DNA of 64,000 bases from Chrysomallon squamiferum (lineage: Eukaryota > Animalia > Mollusca): NCBI GenBank assembly GCA_012295275.1, contig CM022670.1, positions 4,712,001-4,776,000 of the forward strand. Reading direction: 5' to 3'. Under the pieces are notes generated by a model that saw only the letters and a list, made by a program, of their open reading frames with translations, did not search any database and was not told the DNA's origin. Positions 13,815-28,800 of this stretch are shown in pieces (position 1 is the stretch's first letter; the number at the start of each line of letters is the position of its first letter). The translations under genes and the position numbers were made by a program.

Positions 13815-16046
13815 GGTAAATGAATTACTGTTAGCGTTAAGCTGGCTACCTCCCGGCGTTAAAACCTCGTAATTATTATTGTAAGAGCGGATCAGCGCTA
13901 AGACGCGTTCTTCAACAAGCCAGTTTATTAATCCACAAATTAATTCATGCTTATTACCTGTGACATTCCTGAGCTATGTGTGAGAATTCTTATATGCGTA
14001 ACTATGTATTTTTGTGTGTGTGTATGTATATATTTTATTTTCTATCACTGTTTTTTACCCTAACGTTTAAAAATGTATACTTAATGCAAATTTTTGTAAA
14101 TCTGTTTTTTATAAATATACATTTTTTTCTTCATATTATTAATTGTACTCCATCAATCCATCAGTCATATTCAAAAATCCTCTTTTCCAATGAGGTGAAG
14201 AAAAAAAAAAACACAATACATTTCTCGTTACCAAGTACCATGCATACTTTCAACACACCTCATTACCTCTCAAGTGTTGAAGTATACATCCAAGATGGCG
14301 ACTGACCTCCGCAATGTTTGTTTAAGTACATCTACCGGTCACTGGCAGCTTGAGAATTTTCACTACACGCAAACACACAGCAAGGTATGACTCGTTCGTC
14401 AAATCTCCACAATAATCTATTATTCTGTCAGCCGACGCTTGTAAATGCTACTTTCATCCGACGTACGTTGTTTGCCTCCATCACTCACTCGTATAGGGGG
14501 CGCTACCATCGCCAGGCCAAAAGAATGCCGGGACTTTCGCCGGCATCTAAAACCGAGGCTAATATTTTCTCCAGCAAGGCCACATACTGCGTGCAATTAC
14601 GTTTTGTTTGACATAAGTATATGTTACATGGTGTCGCTATTTGGAAACTTCTGATAGGTTAATAAAGTGAAGTTTTGCACTCGTTAAGTCGGGAGCCAGG
14701 TCAGAGAGGCCAGTGGATTACGTCCCATATGTTTGTCTCAAAATATCGACTTAAGCGCGTTCGTCTAGCGACCAGAAGAAATGATCGAAATGTGTTTGAT
14801 TAGCTTTGTCGTGTTTCATAAATGTCAGTTATTGCGTGCCTTAAGCATAACATGTTGTTTTGTTAATCTGTAGATTCTTCGTTTAAAAAAAATACATTTG
14901 TAAGTGTTAGTAACTGTTTTGTTTGTAAGTACAGAAATTTTGTTTGTTTCGTACACTACCTAGTTTTGTAATCTGGCAAAACTATGTTATTTCTTTATTT
15001 CCTTGTTTTATTTGTGAGTTTATTTGGGGGTTTTATTCATTTATTTATTTTTAAATATATTTTTTAATAAATTTTTTCATAATTTTTTTTTTCCTTTATC
15101 TGTTTATCTTTATTTTATTCTTATCAATTAATTTAATTATCAGCTGTGTTTTATTTATTAAATAAATCTTCTTTCTATTATGGTTTTATTTCCTATATTA
15201 TTTTAGACTCACCAAATAAGAATCGTATAGTATACAGTTCTCTTTGTGTATAACTGAATATGTGTTTTGTACAGGTGTATAAGTATGATGATCTCTGTAC
15301 GTAAATATATTTTTTATTTTTTTCGTATATATCTTGCGAACTACTTTCCTTCTTCTACTTCTTCTTCTTAATTTTAAAAAGGAGACTTTAAATATAATAT
15401 TATATCAATGATACAGCATTTTGGCATTATATTATCTCTTCATATTAATAATTAAAGTACACAAGTGTCTTTAACAATAATCTTTAAATGAACACATCTT
15501 ACATCAGCCAGTGTTTAAATGTGTTTCTCCAGTCATCACTCTCACTGCTGTATCAAAACACCCAGTCTTACTGGCGAAGCCTGATTCTATACTCGAGTGC
15601 AAAGTTTTTACTGTGACTGTGAAACGAAGTTGTCTGGATTAAATGTAAGTGAAGAATAATCCGTATCATATGTCACATGACACTATTAGCAGATGTAAAT
15701 GTGACTTTGGCTGGAGGCAGTGTTTAGTTATCTTGTAAAGCATTTATGTGTTGTTCGGTCGATCCAGAATCTATTCCAGTAGAAGATTATTAATCAAGTG
15801 ATTTTTTTTTTTTTTTTTCGTATCTGTTATTTATTGTTCTGTGTGCAAAGTTTATAATTATAAGAGATAACTTTGTTTTTCCCGTCAGACAGTAAATATA
15901 GCATAATTACCAGATATTTTCCAATTAATGGCTGCTGCCAGAAACTCAATGGAAGTGTTCTGTTTTTGTTTAAAGAAGATCTGAAGCCCTGTAGCCAAAG
16001 GTGAAATATATGCATCAGTGTGCTATAATTATATTAGTGGATAAAA

Positions 16047-16421
<375 letters not shown>

Positions 16422-16945
16422 AGATATGCAGTCTGACAGAAGATAGAATGACAGGCAGAAATACACATCCGGCTCTAACGTTATTCTCTTTCTGATGCAT
16501 TCTCAAAAATGTTCCAGGATTTTCTTGTCAGGATTTTTTCACTTCTTTCTTATCCTTTTTTCACTTCTTTCTCGTTCTTTTTTCACGTAGGTAGAATAGT
16601 TGCAGTTGCTGATAAGATTTGGAGAACTGATAGCTAATAAAGCCTGACATATCTTCAAGCCTTTCTGCTGACAGATGTATTCCGCGAGTAAGATATTTTA
16701 TCATAAATGAATGTCTTGTCAGATTTGCTCTCAAATCCTGTCTGTTACCGATCACTGTGATCTACGCGCGCTTCCACGAAGTTATCTCACCCATTGTTTA
16801 TAGCCATAATGATATTTCTCTTTTGATTTTATTATTTAACAAAATTTCGGTGTTAACGTTACATTCATTACTATCACAATGATGATAATGATGGAGATTT
16901 TTTGTTTTGTTGCTTTTTTTAAATATTATTTGGAATTTCTTTCTT

Positions 16946-17034
<89 letters not shown>

Positions 17035-19948
17035 TTAATTATTTAATTTAATTTTATTTATTTTCTTTTTTTTTTTTTGAGGAGGAGCTCTTTTGTTTTC
17101 TATTATTTCATCGTTTATTGGCGATAAACCTGCTTTAGATGTAATCTGCGAGACAAAATCAGAGTCTAAACCACGACAGCCACAGAAGTGTATCCAACAA
17201 CAGTGAATACAATTCAGAACCCTCATTATCCTCGGCTGGAGGGAAAAAAATGTGCAGATTTCTAGATACAACACAAAAATAATCAACACAAAGACATCTA
17301 AGCACGCCTACACTGGGCCCAGTCTACGAACTACTCTGCACTTTATCTTTCCTCAAAAACAGTTCAGGTCACCAGACCTCCTACCTCGAACATCACACAC
17401 AGTGAAATCACTAAAACAGGAGCCTCACAGTACTGCACAACGTCGTCTTTTCACGGGCTGGTTCTAAACGATCGCGACTCTACACAACCACCGCGTCTCG
17501 CTCCAGCGACTCCTAGCGACGTCAACCACGACCGCGATCTTCTTTCTGCGCTCTTTAAACACCCATTACAGCCAGTCGTCACTTTTGATGTTCTCGAGAT
17601 GTAATTACTTGCACGCCATTTAAATCCGGAGATAGATATCAGCCGAATTAAGGCCGGCGGTTTCGGGTTCTTTCTCAATGTCAGATGGTTACAGAAGATC
17701 CCCACTGTCAGATTTCGGGAGATGATACGAAGCCAATTACGACGAAGCATGCGGAGTTCATTAAACTTATGATTCAGTATTTATAGCGTTGTTGATCATA
17801 AAACCGGTGTCGTTATAACCTTCGAGTTCTGATTTGTATCAGTATAAACGTTTATTTCGAATTTTTACGAGTTATTATTTTTTGTTTCCTTTATATTTTT
17901 TTTTTTTGTTCTCTGCTGTGTGATTTTGAATTGTCATCGCATCGGTGACTGTTTTTTCCTGTTTAATTTTCTTTAATGTAGGTTTGATACTTGACTGTTG
18001 GCCTATTATTTGAGATTTGTTTGATGTATTGTGGATCGTTTATGTATCTGTTGACTGACAGGATCATAATGTTTGGGTTGAGATTTTTATTTTTTATATT
18101 TTTTATATAAATAAATAAAACAGTATACAAAATGACAACGTAGAGGAACATTTAGATTGTTATTACCTTTATACTGGACCTGCATCTTCCACTATTACCA
18201 CTTATACAAGTCCTTCTATTATTACTATTACTGCTACTACTACTACTCTATTGCTGGAACTATTACAACAACAGTACCAATAATAACAACAGCAATAATA
18301 ATGACAGCAACAATAATAATGACAACAACAACAACAATAGTAATAATAATAATAATAATAATGCTATTATTATGGAGGTGTTGGGGGGTTTGTTTTACTG
18401 CTATTACTGTCACTTCTAATACAGTAACGTCACTGCTATTGCTGACACTACTACTATCACTTCCATTATTACTACCAGTCATATATTATTACTGTTACTA
18501 CTACTGCTGCTGCTATACTACTGGTACTAAAGACAATATAATATGGCGTCAGTTATGCTGTGAAATACTTTATCTCTCATCTTTATCCCAGTGTTAATAA
18601 TTACCCAGTCAGTGCACAGTTCACTGGGGTAAACCCCGCTTCTGAAAACTGCTTTGAATCAAATACGTATCAAGAAATATTATTAACAAATCGCTTTCAT
18701 ATCCCTCTTCGCCATGTTGTTTCGTTTAGAGTATTGATGCAACGTGTTCGCCTTATTATTGCGACACAGTCTTCAAAGCAAACGATCACTTTCAAGTCTG
18801 CTTCGAAACGAACTCGTTAATACGTCTGAAAATTAAAACTGTCTGCTTCACGCCTACTTCAAAATAAAAGTGTTAAATTCGGCCCGTGACTTGAAATAGC
18901 ATCATCAGACTTTATGTTTGGTTGGCTTAACATCAGTTTTGAAATATAAACTACTGAAATGGAAAGCAGGAAAGAGGCAAGGAGAATAAAAGGATTAGGT
19001 TAAAAATACAAGACAGAGGCATAATGAGAAACAGACAAGGAGAAATATTTATAATTTAAAAATATATATAATCACAAACACACACACACACACACATGCA
19101 TACACACATGCATACACACATACATACATATAAACAAATATATGTACATATCTTCTTTACTTACTTATGTATCTATGTATGTATGTGTGTATGTACTTAC
19201 ACATACATCCCTACATATTTTGATGCTGTGAGGTTTTTCACATTATGCTACAAGAAAAACTCCTGAATTAATCATGATACCAAAATCAAAAAAAAACACA
19301 CAAGAAGCTGGCGCCCTGGTTTTAAAAAAAAACGACTAAAAAGCGAGACAAGGACATTGTGCACATACATACCTTACACAAACACTTCTTTGTTGAAGCG
19401 GTAACACAACACAAATCTGACTGGTTTGCTAAACATTAACCCCTCGCTGTCGAATCATGACTTTCTCAATGTTAGACGTACTTACGTGAAAAGTGAAAAC
19501 TGTTATATGATCACAGCGGCTTGGTAGATAACAGTAGTTTGTGTGAAACTGATTTGTTAGAGACTGAAGGTAAACAGTGAATGACATCCCTTTTTCTTCT
19601 TCTTCTGTATGTTTTCATTCTTTTTTTGTACAGTGATGAAATGACATCTGTATTATTTTTTTTTTTCTTATATTTTTGTCAGTTATCGTACTGTTAACGT
19701 ATTTTATCAATGACATTCTTTAGCTATTCTTTTCCATTTTCTTTTCTGTGTAATGATGGACTGATCCTTGTTTTTTTTCTTATTATTGTTTTTTTTTTTC
19801 TTGTTAATGATAGGGACACACCCATTTTGTTTCTTTTTTTTATTTTCTTAATTTTTTTATTTTTTATTTTTGTTATGTGTTTTTATGTGTGCAGAATGAT
19901 AAACTGACATCTTGATGTTTTCTTTTGTTGTTGTTGTTGTAGTTGTTA

Positions 19949-20345
19949 ATGTTTTCATTTGTTGCTTTGCAAGAGGGCGTCTAATAAAATATAGTTTCTA
20001 TGTTTTAACTGATTGTTTATTTTTTTATTATTATTATCCGAAAATGACCCCAAAAAATAGAATCTAATTTAACACAGAACAAACACATTATCAGTAAAAC
20101 AGACGTAACACACTCTATCGTGTAATCACAATCTTTTTTTTTTTCATTCGCCTTTCCTTTTTATTTTTTCCTTTTTTTTTATTTATTTTTTTGTTCACCA
20201 CCGTGTATCAAACAGCGCCATCAAGGAAGAAATGTGGAAACACTGAAACAGAACATAAAAAAAACTGAGGATGTTTTCATTTGTTGTTCTGCAAGAAGTT
20301 ATCTAATAAAATATGTCTTCTATCTTTTAAATGATGGTTTATTTT
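19949..20345. repeat. Local diverged direct duplication (about 19949-20025 versus 20271-20345)
   Basis: ATGTTTTCATTTGTTG(C/T)T..GCAAGA....TCTAATAAAATAT...TTCTAT.TTTTAA.TGAT.GTTTATTT occurs twice. Confidence 0.8.
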
Positions 20346-20930
20346 TGTTGTTGTTATTATTATTATTATTGTTGTTTTTTTTTTTTTTTTTTTTTTTTTT
20401 TGTTTTTCTTTGATTTGGCAATAATATCCATCTTCTCCCTTTTTCTATTGTATCTATTTATATAATGCGTATGTGCATATGTGGGTATGTGTCTGTGTAC
20501 TCGTGTGTGCGTATGTGAATTTTAAATCCTTTGTCAACTAATATAAAATTATTATAAATGCCAAACACAAATTCCTAGCGTAATTTAATCCCATGTGTAA
20601 AACAGCATGCTATATCTTGCAAAAGTGAGAAAATTTCTTGTTGAAATTCTTGTTTGTATTAGGATATTCATAAAGATATGTGTTACAGGTGTGAGCTGTC
20701 AAAAGTATTGTGAAACACAAACACTTGGTCTTTGGTCTACTTACCAGTTCAGGGGCGGATCCAGTTTTACAAGACGCGGGGTGGTCATCATTGTTGTTAA
20801 CGTAACTTTGAAGAAAAAGTTTAATATTAACAGTGATTAATGATTATTACATGTATTTGTATGTGTATGTATATATATCTATATCTGTGTCTATGTCTAT
20901 CTATCTATATCTCTGTATATATATACATGC

Positions 20931-20987
<57 letters not shown>

Positions 20988-22210
20988 CATATTATTTTTA
21001 TTATAGTTATTACTTATTATTATATATATATATACATACATATACATACATACATACGTACATTCATATATATATATATATATATAAATAATATTATTTT
21101 GATTATGGTTATTAAACTTATTATTATATACACATACACACACCCATATACATACAACAACATCAACAACTTTAATAATATGATATATATATACATACAT
21201 AAACTTGTTATATATATATATATATATATATATGAACAATATCAATATTTATAACAATTAGACATATTATATATATATATATTATTATTATTATTATTAT
21301 TTTGATTATGCTTATTATGCTTATTGTGATTGCTGTTGTTTGTCGTCGTCGTTGTTGTTATTGTCCCTGCTAATAACAAGTCTAGACGTATTCAGTTTCA
21401 CGCATCAAAAGCGTGTGAAATAAGTGAAATAAAAATATTTATTTATTTATTTTTTATTATTATTTATTTTATTTATTTTATTTATTTATTTTTTTTTTTA
21501 TTTTTTTTTTTTTTTTTTTTTTCCTGGTTTTTGTTATGGAATTATCGTCTGATGCTATCAAACTAGTTTCAACACTTTAGGTTTGCAAAAACAAAATTAA
21601 TGAAAAAGAAAATTATTACAGTTTTTGTTTATATAAAATTTCAGTGATAAAATTTCACAGATAAAAGTTTAAAATTTACAGTCACATAAAGAAGAAGAAA
21701 AAGAAGATTAAATGATAAAAGGAAAATAAATAAGCAGAAAAATAATATTTACCGGCTGGATTTGTAAATAAGATTATAGGTTTTCAAACATGCACTCAAA
21801 ATGCACTTGATGTGCCCAGAGATAAACATATTTTAATTTGTTTTCTTTTTAAATCTACAAATTATATATTTTGTGTATGTGTGTGTCTATAGATGGCTAA
21901 ATAGACAGACAGACAGACAGAGAGCTAGAGAGATAGATACAATATATATATTAAAATGAAATATCTAATATGTGAATTCTTCAATTATATAAATGATATG
22001 TCAAAATAAATATAAATTAAATCTATTACAATATAAAAATGAAAAGCACAGTAAATATAAAAAGCCTCAAGATAAAATACTTTGCAAAAAATAAATAAAT
22101 AAATAAAAAATAAAAATAATGACCAAAAAAACCAGAATCTAATTTAAAACAAAAAACAATTATCAGTAAAAAGGACAAAACACAATCTATCATGTAATCA
22201 CAATCTCTTA

Positions 22211-22245
<35 letters not shown>

Positions 22246-22300
22246 CTTCACCATCGTTTCAAACAGCGACATCAACGAAGAAATATGGAAACATTGAAAC
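20041..22300. repeat. Diverged direct duplication of about 200 bp (20041-20250 versus 22118-22300)
   Basis: Both copies share AATGACC..AAAA..AGAATCTAATTTAA..CA...TTATCAGTAAAA..GAC..AACACA.TCTATC.TGTAATCACAATCT-polyT-CACCA.CGT..TCAAACAGCG.CATCAA.GAAGAAAT.TGGAAACA.TGAAAC. Confidence 0.85.
20750..20785 (+). mobile_element. Possible solitary DNA-transposon/MITE terminus (CAGGGGCGGATCCAG...)
   Basis: CAGGGGCGGATCCAG followed by TTTT and a G-run resembles a common invertebrate MITE end (recalled, not searched). No partner end was seen. Confidence 0.3.
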
Positions 22301-23599
22301 TGATGCTGGTTTTTTTTTGAAAAAAAAAAATATATATATTTTTTTTTTTTTTTAAATGACGCGACATCTGTTTGGCGTGTTGATTTCGGGGTAATCGACA
22401 AAAAGAAATCGGATTTAATCACGCTGGCAAGAAACAAACCCATTTTGTTCGCTTTATCGTTTAACTTGATTGTGTAATTCGTGGTTTGTTCATCAAACGT
22501 AGGTGTTTGCAAACTTCGTGTGTGTCGATATTCTACCGGGTCAAAAAATAAATAAAAAAAGAACTGTTAGCCATTTTTAAGGCGATGTTTGGCTGTTGAA
22601 AACACCTCTTGTTTTTCCAACATTCAACCGTAAGATCGTTTTGTTGTTCAAAAATACACGATTTAGGAAACTGGAGATTTCTGAGATAACAGTTTTTGTT
22701 TGTTTGTTTGTTTTTTGTCTCATTAGTAAATCCATAAGGTGGGTTTGTTTTGTTTGTCATAGAGAAGGACGTTATTCTGCAGATGAAGTGATGTCATTGT
22801 TGAAGTGATGGTTCTGTTATGGATATCGTTGGTGTAGAGGTTCAGTCGTTGCTGAGGTTGCCGTTGCTGCTCTTGCTGATATTGATAATGTAAATGTTAG
22901 CAATAACTGGTCACATTTATTAATTTTTTAGATTCTGCTGACGTCGAAGTTGCTCTCACTGATGTCGAAGCTGTCGTTTTCATTCCACTGTTGTCGATTT
23001 TGTTAGTATAATGTTTGCTCATTTCTATTGTTCTATTTATTATAATACTTCTGTTACCATCGATGTTTTTTTGTTTCTGTTTTGTTGTGGATTTTTGTTG
23101 TTGTTTTTTTGTTTATTTGTGGTTGTTTTGTTTTTCGTTTTACCGTCCTGTTTCTGATTGTTGTCGTTGTTGCTGCATTTCAACAACAGAAAATAGTTTC
23201 TGCTCTTCTCTTTATCTTTCAACTATTCACAAAGTCTGATTAACCAAAACCTGTGGAATTTTTATTTGCTTAAAAAAACGTATTCAAATTTACAAAGTTT
23301 TAATGACAGCATTTGAACATTAAATTAAGTAAAATAATAAAGTATCGGGTATAAACCCAGTAATACGATTAGATGAATTAACTCCCTTAGTTTATAACGT
23401 TAGTACAGGTTTGTTTAAACCTTTTTTCTTATATTACATTAACGATAGTTCGCATACCCACCCAATTTTTTTGTTTTTGTTTAAAGTATTGTAAAGTGTA
23501 TATATTAAAAATCATAATGCGAATGATTCTGATGAAGATGATAATTATTCTGACTTGATATGATAATAATAATAGTAGTAATAATAATAATAATAATTA

Positions 23600-23769
<170 letters not shown>

Positions 23770-24298
23770 ATATTTTTAATAAATTAATTAATTAAATATT
23801 AATAAAATCAAGCCAAATCATACTATTTCTTTTCACAGAGTTCACCAGCGAAATCCGCCACATTCTAACACATTCTGTTAACAACATTACAACCAGTTTG
23901 AAAAAGATTTTCCCAAAACTATGGATTCTTAATTAAATCTCAGAGGAACTACAAAAGTCGTAAATTTAAGATAACGAAAAAAGCTCTACACTAGTGATGG
24001 ATGAAATGTTACTTCAGGGATTTCTTGTAGTTTGGAAGAGAAAAAGAAAAAGTGAAGAAAAAAAAAGAAAAGAATTATTTTTTTACTTCTTTTGTTTAGA
24101 TCCTTGGGCGGAGTTATGGTTAAAATGATTGACAGGCACCGGTGCACGCGCGAAGGCGGGATATATATTATTATTATTTTCGTGTTTTGTAACGGTAAAG
24201 AGGTAGTTAAACAGAAAACAGTTGTAAGATGCTGAGATATAGCACATTTTTATACAGCACTGGGTTTTATTTGTTGCAGTTTTTTTGCTCTTATTTGT

Positions 24299-24329
<31 letters not shown>

Positions 24330-25460
24330 ACATATGTAAGAAACTGTGGGTTAAACAAAATTACAATGAAGATTTTCTTTTTTATATTTTTTATGTATAA
24401 TCTTTCTCTCTTTTTTTAAATTTAATTATTATTTTTGCTATTGTTATTTATATTACAATTTTCAAATTTTAAACATTATTTTTTTTTATTAATATATAGA
24501 TACATACATGCACACATACATACATACAAATGTACACACATATATTTGTTTTACATTTCATAAATTAATAATTTCGAGATATATTCATTTCTTTCTTTTT
24601 TTTTTCAGAACAAAACAAATTTTAAACATGATTCTTTATACATACGCACGCATTTAATAAATCTTCGCACATACGTATTCACAGGGATAATTTATACGAG
24701 CCAAGGTAACCACCATCATGTATAACTACACTTTAATCGAACAAATGACGAACTGTGACCCGGAAGAAGTACCCGAATTTGAGTGCAGGACATCTTAAAA
24801 GCGAGGCGAAGACGTGAAGAAGGTGTCAAAATGGGCACTAAATTCGTCAGCGCTGATGATATGACGGCGATATTCGTTTATTTATGTGTGACACGGACAC
24901 GAAATTCCGTCGTGTTTAGTAGGCTGCATCGCTTTGGCTGTCACTGATAAATAAACACTTAGAGTCGTAAACAGACGCAAACTCAACGCGGGTTTGTAGC
25001 GCTTTTACAAGAACACGGAGGCGATAAGAATGTCCATCTTCGTCTATTTTACAATGCGACACGACAGTTTTATTGGGCGAAAAACAATGGAAATATTTAA
25101 CACGTAGCTTTTATGACGTGGATGTGTCCGTGGATGTGTTTTGTCAATCAACGCGACATGGAGGAAATGACATTTACTGCAGGTTTTAGTCTTAGTGATA
25201 ATTAATAATGTATCCGTGAACAGTTTTCCCAAGTGTTTTGATTACTGGTTTTATTGTTTAAGCCAAAATGATTGACAAGTTTTAAAGAGATGGAGATAAG
25301 TGGTTTCCTTGACGTGTGCAGGTTGGAGTAATTAAAAGTAGCAAATTAAATGAAATAAGTTTCGAAAGTTTTCGTGCATTTGTCCGTAGCTCTCCTAACT
25401 AAAGGGAAATTTTTTAACTATTATTTTCTTCTTTTTTTTTTTTCTTTTTCTTCAGTGACT

Positions 25461-25494
<34 letters not shown>

Positions 25495-25534
25495 CAGTGT
25501 TTGCTTATTCATTCATTCATTTATATATATATAT

Positions 25535-25574
<40 letters not shown>

Positions 25575-25627
25575 GACATAGAGACAGAGAGAGAGATTTC
25601 TTTTATTTTTATTTTATCCTGACAAAT

Positions 25628-25669
<42 letters not shown>

Positions 25670-27477
25670 GTAGTAGTAGTAGTGGTGGTGGTGGTAGCAG
25701 TTGTGGTAGTAATAGTAATAGTATTAGAAGTAGTATTAATAAATTTAGTAAATTTCGTATCTTAACATGTTTATCACTTTCATTACTATTAAATTCTTCA
25801 TCCATGGGTGGCCTGTGTCAAACCGACAAAAATAAATAAAAATGCCAATTTTGTTTAATCTCCGATGCATCACGGTGTTTGATTCCTGTGAGGTGCGTGT
25901 ACACACCTACTATAACTCGGTGACAAAGACGACACACTTCATTACAGCCTTTGACCCACGTATGACCAGAAGATCAGAACATTTTTCAAATCAATGTTTT
26001 CACTTCATTGGTTCTTCATTATTCATCACAATTAAGCGCATGAAATTCATTTTGCACTTGGGAAAAGTAATAGCTGATTTATGATCGGAGGTTACCTATA
26101 GAGATTTTTCGGTTTAGAAATGCGTAGATGTTTTATTGTTGTTGTTGCCCACACAAAACGTTTGTTTTCTTCTCTCTCTCTCGTTTAAATGACCGTGAAA
26201 TGTGCATTTGATGGAAACGCACTGACCACACGAAAGGACCTTAGGTCAGATATTAACAAAGATCTCTTCAAACGGATCAAACAATATCTGTCATAGAAGA
26301 TAATTATTTATACGAAACACTTTCAAAACGAACGTACAGTGACCAGTTTAAACCTGATGTACTCTCGTTGTTAAGCTTAGTCCAACTCTGTGGAGAAATA
26401 TTAAACCAAATACTCCATGTGCGTATTGACAGGGACGTTTTATAAAACCCCAGAGAGAGAGATACGAAGAGAACATTTATGAACAGATGCACCTGATTGA
26501 AGAGATGGTTCACGTTTGTGAACTGACAGGATTTTTTGAAAGAATAGCTGCATTTATGAACAGATAATGTGGGGGTTTTTTTGTGAGTGAAGTGGCACTT
26601 TTTATGAAAAGATATATTCCTCCTGTTTGTTGTGAAAATATTTAAAACAAATACTAAATGGTACTATGTTTTAATAAAATATTTAGAACAAATATGTTTG
26701 TTTTTAATAAAATATTTAGAACAAAGATTTCTCGTTAATAAAATATTTGAAAAACTTTAGATGAAATTTCTAAAAAACTGAACTAAAACTTATAGGTTTC
26801 CTAAAACTCTTTCCAAAGTTCTGTGCAAAAAGGTTAATTACATGAAAGCCGTTATTTACAACTTTAAAATTTTAGTTTGTTTGTTTAGGTGCCAGGAGTC
26901 AAGGACTGGACAGTTGTGCATGAAAACATGTCAGAAACTGGTCAAGGGGCAGCCAGGCCGATGTTCTGGTTGGTCATGTGTGATGGTCAACACACAACTT
27001 CCTCTGCTTTTGACTTCAACCGTTACAGAAAGTAAGTGACCACATCGATATGGTTCCGATTTCTGCAGATGGACGCAAGTGGACACTGGAGCAGAGTAAA
27101 GAACACAGCTCAAGTTAGTTAGCAAAGACTGTGAGTTCATTTATTTGTTAGAACGCGCAGGAGATACACACAGATCTAAGCAGTTTCAATAGACATAAAT
27201 GTATAGAGTTATGGGTGTGCGTGCGCGCACGTGCGTATGTGCGCTGGTGTGTATATGTGTGTTTTTATAGACACTTACACAAAAAGACATAGATAAAGTC
27301 AGACAGAAGAACATATATAAATCAGTCAGATGTATTATATGATGTGTAATGATATATGATATATAATATAATATGATATATGACATGATATGAAACAAAC
27401 AAAACAAAATATAGATAAACTAAAAATAAATAAAATAAATTAAAATAAAATGTAGAAATACCTAAGATTTTAGTAAG

Positions 27478-27508
<31 letters not shown>

Positions 27509-28353
27509 ATACAAGCAGAGTAACAGCAATGGCTCTATGTCACACCCATGTTTAATATTTATGTATCATCATGACACGACAATTTCCAGATCACTTCACA
27601 CAAAATCATACACCATGCAGCTGTTTCACAACAATGAGATATTTTTAATTTTCTGACACTACTTTTTAACATCTTTTTGTGACTCTCTTTAATTTAATCA
27701 CACTACAAATTATCAGCTGCTATCTGACGTGAAATCTTTCATTGTCACTCGGTTTCTTTTGAACGCTTTCTATGCACGACCAAAGATCCAGCTTTAGAGC
27801 AAGCTGGTTTCATTTTTTTTTATAAAATAATGTTTCTAGACTAAGGCAGATAGAATCTTGCTCTAACTGGGCGCTTCCATGATACGTCAGTTTGTATTTT
27901 TCCACGGTGTTGTATCATTTATATATAAACACTTACCTACGATAAGGGAATTAAGATGAAAATTTTAGATAGTGCATTGCTAAAGACTTTGTCGTTTGAG
28001 TGCGAATGGGTATGTTTTTACATTTATATGGACTCGACTGTAAACATGTAGACGATACTTTTGTTTCCTGTACAAACAGCAAAAGAAATATGTAAATTAT
28101 TATATTTTTAGATATATAATCCTTTATAAGCGCTCGAGTATATTCAAATTCAAATCACAATATGTGCATATAAAATTGTTATATCTAAATAATTGTTATG
28201 GAAAATGTATCTACTAAATTATTAATATATGTATGTTTAGGTTTCTGTAAATATATGCATAAAATTGTTATGTTATATTAATATATTTTTGTCAGTGATT
28301 AACAATAATGTTGTTATTAATTATTATAGTTGTTGCTGTTACTGTTATTTGTC

Positions 28354-28390
<37 letters not shown>

Positions 28391-28679
28391 TGTTGTTATT
28401 GTTATTGTTCTTTTTTTCTTCGTCTTCTTTCTTTCTTTCTTTTTTCTTCTTTCATTATAAAGTAGAAAACCTTTTTTTCTTTCTTTTTTTTTTTTCTTTC
28501 ATTCCTTCGTATCAAAAAAACAACAACAACAAAAGGAATTCACTTTTCTTGTTTGTTTGCGTTTCATTCGTTCGACGATGATGTTGATTACTGCAGCATC
28601 CTGTTTTAGGAAACAAACACGATCCACACCTGTACAGAAACATCAGAACAATCCATTATTCTGTCCGGCGTCCAGGGAA

Positions 28680-28800
28680 CAATCTGTGAATCTACTTAAA
28701 ATGCCGCCAATCTTCCTTCCCATCAGTCAAATCGCGCGGCACGTGACCGTTCAGAACGCGCCTCGTGGCCTAAAGCTGATTGGGCCAATCGCATTGTTCT
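28680..28800. promoter_or_regulatory. Orphan promoter-like island (three CCAAT boxes and a GTCACGTG-type E-box)
   Basis: CCAAT at 28707-28711, GCACGTGAC at 28739-28747 and the near-dyad GATTGGGCCAATC at 28778-28790, in a CpG-dense stretch. Confidence 0.4.

Noticed and set aside
19630-19915. C/D snoRNA boxes (RTGATGA, CTGA)
   Set aside because: Box order and spacing do not fit, there are no terminal stems, and the intervening sequence is poly-T.
28764-28783. ER-stress element (CCAAT-N9-CCACG) on the minus strand
   Set aside because: The spacing is N10, not the required N9.
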